DNA from: an uncultured delta proteobacterium
GTDB lineage: Bacteria; Desulfobacterota; Syntrophorhabdia; Syntrophorhabdales; WCHB1-27
Direction of reading: 5' to 3'
DNA length: 64,000 nucleotides
NCBI GenBank assembly: GCA_963810935.1
Contig: CAWEPK010000007.1
Coordinates: 160,001-224,000 of the forward strand
Shown in pieces: positions 32,701 to 43,357 of the stretch. The first letter of the stretch is position 1, and each line of letters starts with the position of its first letter. The translations under genes were made by a program, and so were the position numbers. Below the pieces are notes generated by a model, which was not told where the DNA came from, searched no databases, and worked only from the letters and a program-made list of their open reading frames with translations.

Positions 32701-35700
32701 AGACCCTCAACATCAGCTACACGGGGGCGGCCTTTTCCGATAAGAACGCCGGCACGGACAAAACCGTTATCCTCGAGTATACCACCTCCGGCACCGCCAG
32801 GGCGAGCAACTACACGCTTCCCAGCAATGCGACCACGACCACGGCAAGCATCACTCCGTTGACGATCAGCGCCACCGCCATGGGCAACGACAAGGTCTAT
32901 GACGCCACGACGACCGCCACGGCCTCCTGCGCTCTGAACGGCGTGCTTGCCGGGGATAACGTTTCCGTAACGTACGGCAGCGCCGCCTTCGCCGACCCGA
33001 ACGCCGGAACAAACAAGGCGGTAACCGTCAACGGCCTCAGCCTAGGTGGAACGGCGGCCGGCAACTACACGCTGCAAAGCACCACTGTCCTGACTATGGC
33101 CGATATCACGCCCCGGCCTTTGAACATCACAGGCTACAAGACGGCGGACGGCGCCACCAGCGTCCCTGCGAGCAGCCTGACCCTGCTTAACGTGGCGGCG
33201 AGTGACTCAGTCACCTTAAGCGGCACGGCCACCCTGGCTTCAGGCGCAAGCGGCGTCCAGCCGATCACCAACCTGGCCTCGCTTACGGTGAGCAACCCCA
33301 ATTACACGGTGGTAGGCGCCGTCGGCTCGGTGGCGGTGGGGACGAATAACCTGGTCCTGGACCATGTGGCAAGCGGCACGACCATTATCAACACGGTAGG
33401 CAACACGACGACGATCAACACGTCCGACAGGGCAGTGATCGACTGGGTACGCTTCAACGTAGGGGTCGGCGAGACGCTGACATTCGTCCAGCCGGCAGTC
33501 ACCTCTATCGTCCTCAACCGGGTGACGGGCAATGAGCCGAGCGTGATCGCCGACATCCTCAGCGCCAACGGCAGGGTCTTTATCATCAATTCCAACGGCA
33601 TACTCTTCGCGCCCGGCTCCAGCGTCAACGTGGGGGCTCTCCTTGCAAGCACCCTCAATATAACGGACACCAACTTCCAGAACAGCAACTACGTCTTCAC
33701 CGTCGCAAGCGGCAACAACTCGGTGATCTCCGAGGGCGACATCGTCATAGTGGATGGCGGCTTCGTCGCCCTGGCGAGCAACAACGGCGTGGCAAGCTCC
33801 GGCACCATCACGGCCCTGGGCGGCAAGGCCCTCCTTGCATCGGCCGACAACCTCACCCTCACCCTGGACAGCTCCGACAGAGGCTTGGGCAGTTATAACA
33901 TAAGCAGTCTCGACGGGACGACTGCGGTGAACGGCGTCGTGGACGTCGCCGCTACCAGCGGCAACGGCGGGCTTCTGGGTAGGGCCGGCGGGAACATCAT
34001 CATGTCGAATAATTTCATGCTCGGCACGGGCAACAACGGAACCTGGTCGTGGACCATACCTCCATCACCATCGGCACTGGCGGGACCATGACCGGGACGT
34101 TCGTCGGCAACAACCTGGCGCTGCGCAACCTCTCCCTCAACTCGCTGACCGGCGACATCACATTCAATGACCCCGTGACCTGGTCGACCGATAACACGCT
34201 GTCTCTTAACGCAGCGAACAATATCAACATCAATAACGCGATCACCGCCACAGGGACGAACGCAGCATTGGTCATGAATTACGTGGGCAACTACAACATC
34301 CTCACCCCGGCCTCCTTTAGCGGCGCGGTCCTCAACTCTGCCGGCATACCGGTGGCCCAGCAGGATACGAGCGGTGGGGTGTACGGCAGCATTAATCTTT
34401 ACGGCTCCAATGCCGGCCTCAAGATCAACGGCGTCACATATACGCTGATCCAGAGTATGAGTCAACTGGACGCATTGGACAATATAAATGCCGTCACCAA
34501 CATGTACTATGACACCGCCACCCACGCATACGACATCCCCGCCACCTACATGGTCATCACCACATATTCGTGGGGCTGGAATATGAACGTCAAATACTAC
34601 AACCCGGCCGACGGCCAATACGACCTGACTTCAATAACCCCCATCACCGGCAACTACGCCCTGGCGCGGAACCTCGACGCCTCGGGCACTACCTACATAA
34701 CTTCGCTCATAAGCAGCTTCTCGGGGACGTTCGCGGGCCTGGGCCATACCATCAGTAACCTGACCATAAATGCGCCGATTCAGAACCCGAGCACCACGCC
34801 TACCACGACAATAACCGACGTCTATGGGCCATTTTCGGCCGATGCAGCGCTGATAGGCACGACCACGGGATCGACAAACGTCGTCCGCGACCTCGGGCTG
34901 ATAAATACCAACGTTACCGCCGACAGCGGCGCGACGTTGGTGGGCTCATTCTCCGGCGGGACCGTCAGCGGCGTATACGCCACGGGAAACGTGAACGTGC
35001 TTGGCAACGGCGCCGGTCTGATCGCCTCGGTCACCGGCACTACGGTTACAAACGCTTATGCCAATGTCGCCGTTACCGCCTCGCAAACAGGCCAGGTCGG
35101 CGGCTTGATTTCCTACGCCAGCAACAGCACCATCACGAGCTCTCACGCCTCAGGGGCCGTGACGCTCATCGGCGGCGCCTATACCGGGGTTGAGGATCCG
35201 GATGGGAATGCGGGCGGTGCTATCATCGATTACGCAGGCGGATTGGTAGCAGGGATGAGTGGTACAGTAAGCAATTGCTATGCGACGGGCGTCGTGAGCG
35301 ATACCCATGGCCGGTATGTAGGCGGATTGCTCGGGAATTTCGCGGGTTCGGCGACCAACTCCTTTGCGACCGGCCCCGTCACGGCATTAGGTTACGTCGG
35401 CGGCCTGATAGGGCAAAGCACAGGCTCCAGCGGGTCTCCGGCGATTGTCACGAACGACTACGCCACCGGCGCTGTGACGGCAGTCGGCAGCGGCTTTGCT
35501 TCCAGCGGGTATGTCGGCTACGAGGGCGGGCTTATCGGCTACGCCACGTATACCAACGTGGGCAGTCTCCTTTGCCACGGGTGACGTAGTTGCCTCCATC
35601 GCGCGTACCGCCGGTGAGCCAATAGGTACTTTTAATAGTATTACCGACAATCTTTTTGAATATGTCGGCGGCCTGGTCGGATATCTCGAGAGCGGATCCA

Positions 35701-36652
35701 TCACAAAATCCCACGCCACGGGCAACGTCAAAGGCGCCGCCGCCTGGGTCGTCGGTGGCCTCGTCGGCGCAGGCACTAACATCAGCAATTGCTACGCGAC
35801 CGGTAATGTCTCCGGCTACCAGGGCGTCGGCGGCCTGGCAGGCTGGGCCGACAACGTCGCCAATTCCTACTCGACCGGCAACGTATCCGGCTACCAGATG
35901 GTGGGCGGCTTGGCTGCCACCGGCACCGGCAATATCAGTAATTCCTACTCGACCGGCAACGTCTCCGGCACGATCACGGTGGGCGGATTCGCGGGGGTTT
36001 TGTCATCCGCAAACGTCACGGACTCGTACTCTACGGGCAACGTGACGGGAGTGGACCAGGTAGGGGGCTTCTCAGGACAACTGGGCCAGAACACGAATAT
36101 TGCCGATTCCTGGTCGGGCGGCACGGTAAACGGCTCCACCAATGTGGGCGGGTTTATCGGCCTCGTACGATACAATAATAACACCCTGAACAACGATTAC
36201 TGGAACTCTAGCAGCCAACCCAACGCCGTCGGCACTTATCAGTCGAACTCGGCCTATACCCCGGCTGCCGCCACCATTACCAACAGCCAGGGCATAAGCA
36301 GCGCAGAATTTAAGAACGGAGATATTGCCAATTATCTCAACGGCACCATCGGCCAGGTGCTATCGCCGCTCGGGCATTCGAGGCGCAGCAGGAAGCCATA
36401 TTCGAAGGCAACGGACAGCAAACCGGCGGGCAGGCTTCCTTTAGCGGGCAGGGGAGCAATTCTACCGGCCAGGGGCTCAATAACCAGATCGGCTCCTTCA
36501 CGCCTTCCAACACCGGGACGGTGAACGGGACGATGGATAACCATATCGTCTACTCCGATTCGGGCAGTTACTCGGCCACCATAAAGTCGATCAATGCAGA
36601 CGGCATGCAGTTCGACCTGGAAGGCGGCAGCCAGGGCGGGCCTAACAGATAG
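29736..36652 (+). CDS. TpsA/filamentous haemagglutinin-family exoprotein 2 (~2300 aa); frameshifts at ~34059, ~35566 and ~36363
   Basis: Same architecture as exoprotein 1; ORFs 29700-34091, 34049-35584 and 35496-36524 plus a tail ending TAG 36650-36652 that matches the exoprotein 1 C-terminus. Confidence 0.88.
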
Positions 36653-36679
36653 CGGGTAGACACACCACCCTTCACCCTA

Positions 36680-36702
36680 CCCTCTCCCCAAGGGGCGAGG
36701 GG
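36680..36702. repeat. REP-like GC-rich hairpin between tpsA2 and tpsB
   Basis: CCCTCTCCCC-AA-GGGGCGAGGG. Confidence 0.4.
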
Positions 36703-36762
36703 TATAAAAGGGCGAGGAAAGGTGAAAAAATAAGACAGCGATCAAGCAAGGGGGAAACTGAA

Positions 36763-38505
36763 ATGTGTAAGATATGCAAGCTCATCTCCGCAGCAACCGT
36801 GTGGGTGCTCTTCCTCTCCGCACTCATCATCGTAAGCTCCACCGCTTCCGCCCAGATCGCGCCTCCGCCGACCATAGGCGGCGCGGTAAACCAGGCGATC
36901 ACCCCGCAGGCCGAGGCAAGGCCCGCCGCGAAAGAGCCGGCGAAGCCGGTCATTGTCCAGGAAGAGGAGAAGCCCTTCGCCCTGCCGGAAGGCCAAAAAC
37001 TCATGGTGAAGGACTTCAAGATAGAAGGGGCCCTGAAGAAAGATGAGGCCAAGCTGTCGGCCTTGCTTGCGCCTTACAAGGACAAGGAACTGACCATGGC
37101 CGAGATCACTGAGGCCGCCAATAAGATCACGGTCTTCTATCGTGACAAGGGATACCTCGTCGCAAAGGCTTACGTCCCGAAGCAGGACGCAACCGAAGGC
37201 ACGCTGGTGATAAAGGTAATCATCGGCAAATACGGTAAGTTCTCCATAAAAGACAAATCATACATCAGACAATCCTTTCTCCAGGGGGTTTTCGACAGGA
37301 CAAAAAAAACATCGCCCGACGTCACGCGGGATAGCCTCGAACGCTCCATGCTACTCGTCCGGGACATGCCGGGCGCAAAGCTGCCTACAGTCGCCATCGC
37401 TCCGGGCACAGCGCCGGGGACATCCGACTTCGACGTGACCGTGGACCCGACGCAGCGCCTCAACGGCTACACGATGGTGGACAACCAGGGATCACGCTAT
37501 ACGGGTCAGAACAGGGCTTACGCGGGCCTCGACACAAACTCCCCCTTCGGTATCGGAGACAAGCTCTCCTTAAGCGCCATGGCGACCAACAAGTCAGTAG
37601 CGAATGAAAACAATGGGATGTATAACGGCCGGGCGGCCTACTCCTTGCCTCTGGGTTACAGCGGCCTGCGCGCCGAGTTTTCGGCAGCCCACACTAATTA
37701 TGGCTTAGGCGGCATATACGCCCCGCTGAATGCTGTTGGGTATGCCAACATCTACGACAGCACCCTCTTCTACCCCCTGATCAGGACCCGCGAGCAGAGC
37801 GTGGACGTCTCCCTGAACCTCGCTTACAAGCAGTTACGGGACAACCAGTCGGCGGTAGGGTCAACGAACCCGAGGGGCGATGAAGTCGCCACCTTAGGCA
37901 TACAGAAGGGTGCATACGGCAGCCTTCTGGGTAAAGACCTCTTTACCATGATGTCGGGAAGCGTAAGCTACGGGACGCTCACCATACAGGATCCCAGCCA
38001 GAGGCTCCTGAACCAGGCAGGTGCCAATACCGGGGGAACTTTCGCAAAAGCGAACGTCAGCCTCCTCGGGAACCTGACCCTTAACGACAAGTTCTCCTTG
38101 AAGGGCTCGATCAGGGGGCAGAAGGTCCTGACCGGGAACAACCTCGACGTGATCGAGCAGATGTTCATAAACGGCTCGTCAGGGGTAAAGTCCTTCACCG
38201 AGATGATCGGCGGGGACAACGGCTACGTGGCCAACATGGAATTAAGGTACGCCCTTCCGTCGCTTTCTCCGATGAAGCACTACATCGGCGTCTTTGCCGA
38301 TAACGGCTGGGTCTATGCCCAGCAGGGCAGTTGGACGACAGCCCGCACCCAGACCATGCTATCGGATGTGGGTATGGGCTACTACCTGAACCTTAAACAG
38401 CTCTTCGGCAGCTTGCAGATAGCGCAGGCAGTAGGGCAGACGAACAACAAGATCGAGAGTGAACCGGGGATTCGCATCCTGATGCAGCTCGGAGCGTCGT
38501 TCTAG
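36763..38505 (+). CDS. TpsB (ShlB/FhaC/HecB family) outer-membrane transporter
   Basis: Signal peptide, POTRA ITVFYRDKGYLVAKAYVPKQ, DNQGSRYTG, GDNGY..ELRY, C-terminal Phe. Confidence 0.92.
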   Translation: MCKICKLISAATVWVLFLSALIIVSSTASAQIAPPPTIGGAVNQAITPQAEARPAAKEPAKPVIVQEEEKPFALPEGQKLMVKDFKIEGALKKDEAKLSALLAPYKDKELTMAEITEAANKITVFYRDKGYLVAKAYVPKQDATEGTLVIKVIIGKYGKFSIKDKSYIRQSFLQGVFDRTKKTSPDVTRDSLERSMLLVRDMPGAKLPTVAIAPGTAPGTSDFDVTVDPTQRLNGYTMVDNQGSRYTGQNRAYAGLDTNSPFGIGDKLSLSAMATNKSVANENNGMYNGRAAYSLPLGYSGLRAEFSAAHTNYGLGGIYAPLNAVGYANIYDSTLFYPLIRTREQSVDVSLNLAYKQLRDNQSAVGSTNPRGDEVATLGIQKGAYGSLLGKDLFTMMSGSVSYGTLTIQDPSQRLLNQAGANTGGTFAKANVSLLGNLTLNDKFSLKGSIRGQKVLTGNNLDVIEQMFINGSSGVKSFTEMIGGDNGYVANMELRYALPSLSPMKHYIGVFADNGWVYAQQGSWTTARTQTMLSDVGMGYYLNLKQLFGSLQIAQAVGQTNNKIESEPGIRILMQLGASF

Positions 38506-38553
38506 ATTGCGTGGGCCGAATGCGCACAGCGCAAGCCAGGAGAGGAATGGGAT

Positions 38554-38994
38554 ATGAGTGTAAAATGGCTGTCGGGATTAGTCGACTACGGAATCATCGG
38601 TCTTTTGGCCGCCCTCAGCGTCATCGTGGTGGCGGTCGCCCTTGAACGTTACGCCCTTTACCGTAAGTGCAGGATCGCGGCCTTTGCGGATATAAAGTCC
38701 CTGGAGCTGGTGCTGACGGCGAAATTGTCCGTCATCGCCTCGGTGGGCAGCAATGCCCCTTACCTGGGGCTTTTGGGCACCGTGCTCGGGATCATGCTCA
38801 CCTTTTACAACATGGGGCAGGATGCGGCCATGGACACGGGCAGGATCATGACCGGCCTGGCCCTTGCCCTGAAATCGACGGCCGTCGGGCTTGTGGTAGC
38901 GCTTATCGCGGTCGTGATCTACAACGCGCTTTTGCGGAAGGTCAGGGTGTTGATGCTGAAATGGGAGATTGCCAATGGACGAAAAACCCTTTGA
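38554..38994 (+). CDS. exbB: ExbB (short type)
   Basis: [29 protein letters not shown]. Confidence 0.92.
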   Translation: MSVKWLSGLVDYGIIGLLAALSVIVVAVALERYALYRKCRIAAFADIKSLELVLTAKLSVIASVGSNAPYLGLLGTVLGIMLTFYNMGQDAAMDTGRIMTGLALALKSTAVGLVVALIAVVIYNALLRKVRVLMLKWEIANGRKTL

Positions 38995-39355
38995 GACGAT
39001 GAACGTCATCCCATTTGTGGACATCATGCTGGTGCTTCTCACCATCGTGCTGACCACGTCGAGCTTCATTGCCGCCGGGAGGATACCGGTCAACTTGCCG
39101 CAGGCCTCAAAAAGCGTTACCGATGCGGACAAGGCCGCGATCATCGAGCTGTCCGCTGCGGGAGATATGTATCTCAACAACAGGGCGGTCACTCTGGAAT
39201 CCTTGAAAACCTTGCTTGTGCCGATCGGCAGGGAGACGGGCTTCGTCATCAGGGCGGACAAGGAGATCTCCTTGCAGCGCTTTATCGACGTGGCCGACGT
39301 ACTGAAACAGTTGGGTTTTAAAAAGGTGGCCGTCCAGACGAAGAGCCGCACTTAA
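38975..39355 (+). CDS. exbD: ExbD
   Basis: [30 protein letters not shown]. Confidence 0.92.
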   Translation: MDEKPFETMNVIPFVDIMLVLLTIVLTTSSFIAAGRIPVNLPQASKSVTDADKAAIIELSAAGDMYLNNRAVTLESLKTLLVPIGRETGFVIRADKEISLQRFIDVADVLKQLGFKKVAVQTKSRT

Positions 39356-39380
39356 CGAAGAGACAGCTTGGTAGGGGTTT

Positions 39381-40142
39381 ATGGTTCGTCTGCGAGGCAA
39401 GTTTAGTTTTTATCAATGGTTGGCTGCTTCCCTGCTTATGCACGCCGTCATAGTATTACCTTTTATTTTCGGCACCCTCCGTATGCCCGATAACAACAGG
39501 CGATCCAAGCTCGTGGTCGAGCTTTACGGCATGATCTCGAACAGGCAAGCCGAGGAAAAACATAAAGCGGCGACCGTCGTCCGTCAGCCTAAAAGAGTAG
39601 AGCGGCAAGCCCCGCCACGGCCTAAGCCGGATAAACAGCAGCCCAAGGAGCCCGAAAGGCCCGTGAAGCCGGATACCCCTGTACCGGCCCAAAGGCCTGA
39701 TGACAGGCAATACGCCGCCGGGCAGAATGCTTCGGCGAGCGTCATTTACAAAATGGCGGGCAGCGATGACGAGCAGAAGGGACAATCCATAAGACACGCC
39801 GAGCGGGAAGGGGACAAGTTAGCGGCCAGGATCCAGGAGTACGTGGGAAAGATGGCCAAGCGCATGTATTCCGTGCTCGTGTATCCGCCGGAAGTCCGAA
39901 GAAACGGCATCGAGGGCGTTTCGACGATCGCCTTCATCATCACGGAATCCGGGGCCATAAAGGAGGGCTCATTGAGGGTGCGGAGGAGCAGCGGCTACGC
40001 CGCCCTCGATTCGAGCGCCCTGAAATCGGCCCTCGCGAGCACCCCGTTCGAGAAACCGCCTAAAGAGATGCCGATTGTTATCGCCATATCCTTTAATGTC
40101 GAAGCAGCGCGGTCGGCGGCGAGAAACGCTGCGGTGCGATAA
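39381..40142 (+). CDS. tonB: TonB family energy transducer
   Basis: TM with SLLMH (SxxxH), Pro/Lys linker, YP..GIEG..F.I..G..SSG..LD..A C-domain. Confidence 0.88.
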   Translation: MVRLRGKFSFYQWLAASLLMHAVIVLPFIFGTLRMPDNNRRSKLVVELYGMISNRQAEEKHKAATVVRQPKRVERQAPPRPKPDKQQPKEPERPVKPDTPVPAQRPDDRQYAAGQNASASVIYKMAGSDDEQKGQSIRHAEREGDKLAARIQEYVGKMAKRMYSVLVYPPEVRRNGIEGVSTIAFIITESGAIKEGSLRVRRSSGYAALDSSALKSALASTPFEKPPKEMPIVIAISFNVEAARSAARNAAVR

Positions 40143-40285
40143 GTACCGACCCGCGTCCGTGAATACGGCAGCTCACCCGACCCGATCTGGTAGGGCAAAA
40201 CCCCGGGCTGGCAAATACCGCTCAAGAGTGATAACCTTACACCATTGGGTACATTAACGGCCAATGGCCATACGTGGGGGGGAAC

Positions 40286-40978
40286 ATGAGTGGTCGAAAG
40301 AAAGACAATAAACGTGGTTTTTTGAAAGCCAGGGCTTACGCATCGATTAAAAACGCCATTATTACAGGCCAGCTTGAAACTGATCAACGGCTCATAGAAG
40401 AGGCGCTTGCCTCCGATCTGGGCATCAGCCGGACGCCGATCAGGGAGGCGTTACAGCAACTGGAGAAAGAAGGTCTCATTTTGAGACGTTCCGCAAGCGG
40501 GTTCGCGGTAAAAGGAGTAAGCGAAGAAGACGTCGAGGAGATTCTGGAAGTTCAGCGTGCCTTGGAGAGCTATGCCTGCCACCTTGCGGCATCGAGGATC
40601 ACGGATGCCGAGATAACTTCCCTGGTCGATCTCATCAGAGTTCAGGAAGACTGCCTTAGGGAGTTAAGCGTCGAGAAGTTCATATGGCTGGACAGCGAGT
40701 TCCACGATGCAATCCATAAGGCCGCGAAGAACGATCTTCTTTACAACAATGTGCGCGGGCTCAGGGACCACATGGAACGATATCGCGTCATAATATTTCG
40801 ATCCCGCGCCAGGCTTAGCCTGTCGGTTAAAGAACACAAGGAGATGGTGGCTTTGCTCCAGGCAAAGAAGACCAAGCAGATAGGAAAGCTGATTGGCAGG
40901 CATATAATACGCGGAAAGGACGTCATAAAAAAGCACATAGCAAAGGTACAAGAGGGGACCTGGGGCACTTCACGATGA
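40286..40978 (+). CDS. GntR family (FCD) transcriptional regulator
   Basis: LASDLGISRTPIREAL; D.EFH..I; EH. Confidence 0.9.
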   Translation: MSGRKKDNKRGFLKARAYASIKNAIITGQLETDQRLIEEALASDLGISRTPIREALQQLEKEGLILRRSASGFAVKGVSEEDVEEILEVQRALESYACHLAASRITDAEITSLVDLIRVQEDCLRELSVEKFIWLDSEFHDAIHKAAKNDLLYNNVRGLRDHMERYRVIIFRSRARLSLSVKEHKEMVALLQAKKTKQIGKLIGRHIIRGKDVIKKHIAKVQEGTWGTSR

Positions 40979-41090
40979 AATTCTAATGTCGAGGCGCGGT
41001 ATAATGAATTAGCTCCCGATCCCTTGTTTCTTTGGCCCTCGCTGTGAAGTAAGCGGCCCTGCTGCAATCAGCGCGGGCTCCCCCGGCAGG

Positions 41091-41160
41091 GTGTCGGCGG
41101 GAACGGCCCCGCAGAGCGTCGCCGTTGACCCTTCGGGCAAGTTCGCCTATGTGGCAAAAA
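41091..41160 (+). pseudogene. Remnant of one lactonase/YVTN-type beta-propeller blade
   Basis: Translates as VSAGTAPQSVAVDPSGKFAYVA; no flanking ORF. Confidence 0.5.
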
Positions 41161-41239
41161 AACGAATGGCCCCTCCAGGCCGTCGGACAGGGACTATCAA
41201 ATAATTCAGGGTTGAGATTGGGCCGAGCATATGGCCGGC

Positions 41240-41713
41240 TTATTTGTGATTGGCGCATTGCGAGGTTAACGCCTCGCAATTCCGGCCGTTATCCTTTGTG
41301 CATTTCTTCATAGCTGCACTTTTTGCCTCACCTTCCGTTGTGCCGAGTCCCCAATAATAAAGCTGATTATCACTTCGAGTTACCACTGCTCCACATTGAT
41401 TTCTAAACCATACTGCTATTTCGCAGTCATTTTCATGTTGGCTGCATTTCTGCAGAGCCACGCCTTCGGCCTTGGTTCTGGAAGCCCATTTATAAGAGGT
41501 GCCGTAAGATTTCCTGGCTTTGCCATATGCGATAGCACCAAAGTCGGGGGTAGCATAGAGCTCGTCCGTCTCTATACAATGCCGGGTATACTCGACGCAC
41601 TGGCCCCGTATATAATTACTGCAACTGGTGTAGCAATTTTGCTGCAACCCCCAAACCGGTTTGATTATTAATATTGCCGCTATAATAATCAACCCCGCCG
41701 CCCATTTGTCCAT
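41240..41713 (-). CDS. Exported Cys-rich protein, DUF4189-like
   Basis: FGAIAY..A...A...C..C.....F.NQCGAV..A...A...C..C pattern; signal peptide. Confidence 0.75.
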   Translation of the reverse strand: MDKWAAGLIIIAAILIIKPVWGLQQNCYTSCSNYIRGQCVEYTRHCIETDELYATPDFGAIAYGKARKSYGTSYKWASRTKAEGVALQKCSQHENDCEIAVWFRNQCGAVVTRSDNQLYYWGLGTTEGEAKSAAMKKCTKDNGRNCEALTSQCANHK

Positions 41714-41919
41714 CCGGCCCCCTTTCCTTGCGTGACGACGATTCATTTTTCCATTCTTTCACGATACGAATCGCATGACAAGAAGAAAATGCCGGTTTGT
41801 ATGCCGGCGAGATTGCTGAAGAGAACCGGAAGAAGCCGGAAAATTTCGATTTCTACACGCCTTCTTCTGGAAACTTTGCTTTATCTCTTGCTCCTCTTCG
41901 TGCGATAGTAAGGGCAGAA

Positions 41920-42180
41920 ATGTCGAATGAATCAATCAAAGAGCGAATAAGCAAATCGATCGATGATTTTAAAGCGAACAAAATCGATTTAAAAGAACTG
42001 AGGGGATCGATAGAACTTAATGGCCGAGCATTGGAAATGATGCCGTTTTCAATGATCAAAGAGCTTGAGGAAATTGAATATAAATTGATGATAGCGCAGT
42101 TCGCACAAGAAGAAGACTGCGGAGTCAATACGGAAGAAGTCGTAAAACTTCTTGAATCGTGGCTAAAAACGTGCCCGTAA
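41920..42180 (+). CDS. Small acidic hypothetical protein
   Basis: 86 aa AT-rich ORF with helical character. Confidence 0.5.
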   Translation: MSNESIKERISKSIDDFKANKIDLKELRGSIELNGRALEMMPFSMIKELEEIEYKLMIAQFAQEEDCGVNTEEVVKLLESWLKTCP

Positions 42181-42456
42181 GTGGCCCGAGACTACTTCCG
42201 GGCCTTGTTGGTTACAGAACTTTCTCTGACCAGCGCCCTTTTCCGCGTGTGATCTTCTTCCTGCAAGAGAGCGGTTGAATGTTTTCCTTGCAAGACAGCA
42301 TTACAGGCGGCTATGATTAACACATATAACGGGAGCGGATATGGTGAGTACAGGGCGGAAGCAGAAAACGTCCTTTACGCTGGGGTATGAGCCCCGCTCG
42401 CTGCCCCTTGTATCTTTGCAAACAAGAGCACGTTCGGGCTTGAAAGGAGATAATAT

Positions 42457-43266
42457 ATGAAATTCAAGGTATCTCTCATTGGCGCAATTGTCATCCTGGC
42501 TGTTTATACGCCCGGATACGTATTCCCTGCTGATGGGTCGCCTGCCGGGAGTGGGAACAAGCCTGCGCTCATAGACCCCGTTTTGTGCCCTACGCAGAAT
42601 GAAGCAGCGAGGCAATCCTATAACAATGGGTACAAGCTGGAAAATGAAGGCAAGGCGGATGAGGCAATGAGGGCATACCAAAAAGCAATAGTCCTCGATG
42701 CGAACTACTGTGACGCCATGGACAACCTTGGGCGATTGCTTAGACAACAGAACAAATTGGATGATGCGATCTATTGGTATAAACGGTCGATCGGAGTCTT
42801 ACCGGGGAACCGTGCTGCGCATACCAACCTGGCTGTCGCCTATCGCTATCAGGGCAAGAACGACGCTGCCATCTCCGAATACCAGGTTTTGCTGAAAATG
42901 AACCCCCGAGACCCCGAAGGCTATTACGGTCTGGGGACCGTATATTTAGGCTCTAACAACTTTAGCGCTGCATCCGAGCAGTTCAAGAAAGCAGAGCAAC
43001 TCTACCTCGAAGCAAATTCGCCATTGGCTGCGGACGCCCAGTATCTGCTGGGTATTACCTACTACCGGATGAAGGATTATGGAACATCCATCAATTATCT
43101 CGAAAGGAGCTATGGCAAGAAGCAAAACGATTTGCGAGTCAATTACTTTCTCGGGCTGTCTCATCTTGAGACTGGAAACATCGACCGAGCCGGAAAGTAC
43201 CTGAGAAGGGCGCAGGAGCTTGGCGCCAAGATACCGCCGGAGGTGTTGCGGAAGGCCGGAATATAG
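42457..43266 (+). CDS. Exported tetratricopeptide repeat protein
   Basis: AAGGAG RBS, signal peptide, repeated A..NLG/YYGLG/YLLG TPR motifs. Confidence 0.88.
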   Translation: MKFKVSLIGAIVILAVYTPGYVFPADGSPAGSGNKPALIDPVLCPTQNEAARQSYNNGYKLENEGKADEAMRAYQKAIVLDANYCDAMDNLGRLLRQQNKLDDAIYWYKRSIGVLPGNRAAHTNLAVAYRYQGKNDAAISEYQVLLKMNPRDPEGYYGLGTVYLGSNNFSAASEQFKKAEQLYLEANSPLAADAQYLLGITYYRMKDYGTSINYLERSYGKKQNDLRVNYFLGLSHLETGNIDRAGKYLRRAQELGAKIPPEVLRKAGI

Positions 43267-43357
43267 TTTCTGCCCCCATACAAGGGCGTCGAATCGGTCC
43301 AAAGGATACAGACATCAGGTCAATGTTAACCTCTGTTCCTATTCCCCCGGCCTTCGG

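Noticed and set aside
21915..36652. TpsA proteins as CDI toxins
   Set aside because: No VENN or other CT-delimiting motif, no variable toxin tip and no downstream immunity gene; the C-termini are conserved between paralogues.
21915..36652. Programmed frameshifting or phase variation in tpsA
   Set aside because: Breaks lack long homopolymers or slippery heptamers and are not at homologous positions in the two paralogues.
42308..42331. Possible additional ModE box upstream of the TPR gene
   Set aside because: Only the ATAACG arm is good; the left arm GGCTAT gives N11 spacing.
42404..42416. 13-nt match CCCCTTGTATCTT to the IS110 left junction
   Set aside because: Similarity does not extend further and no other IS remnant is visible; treated as chance.
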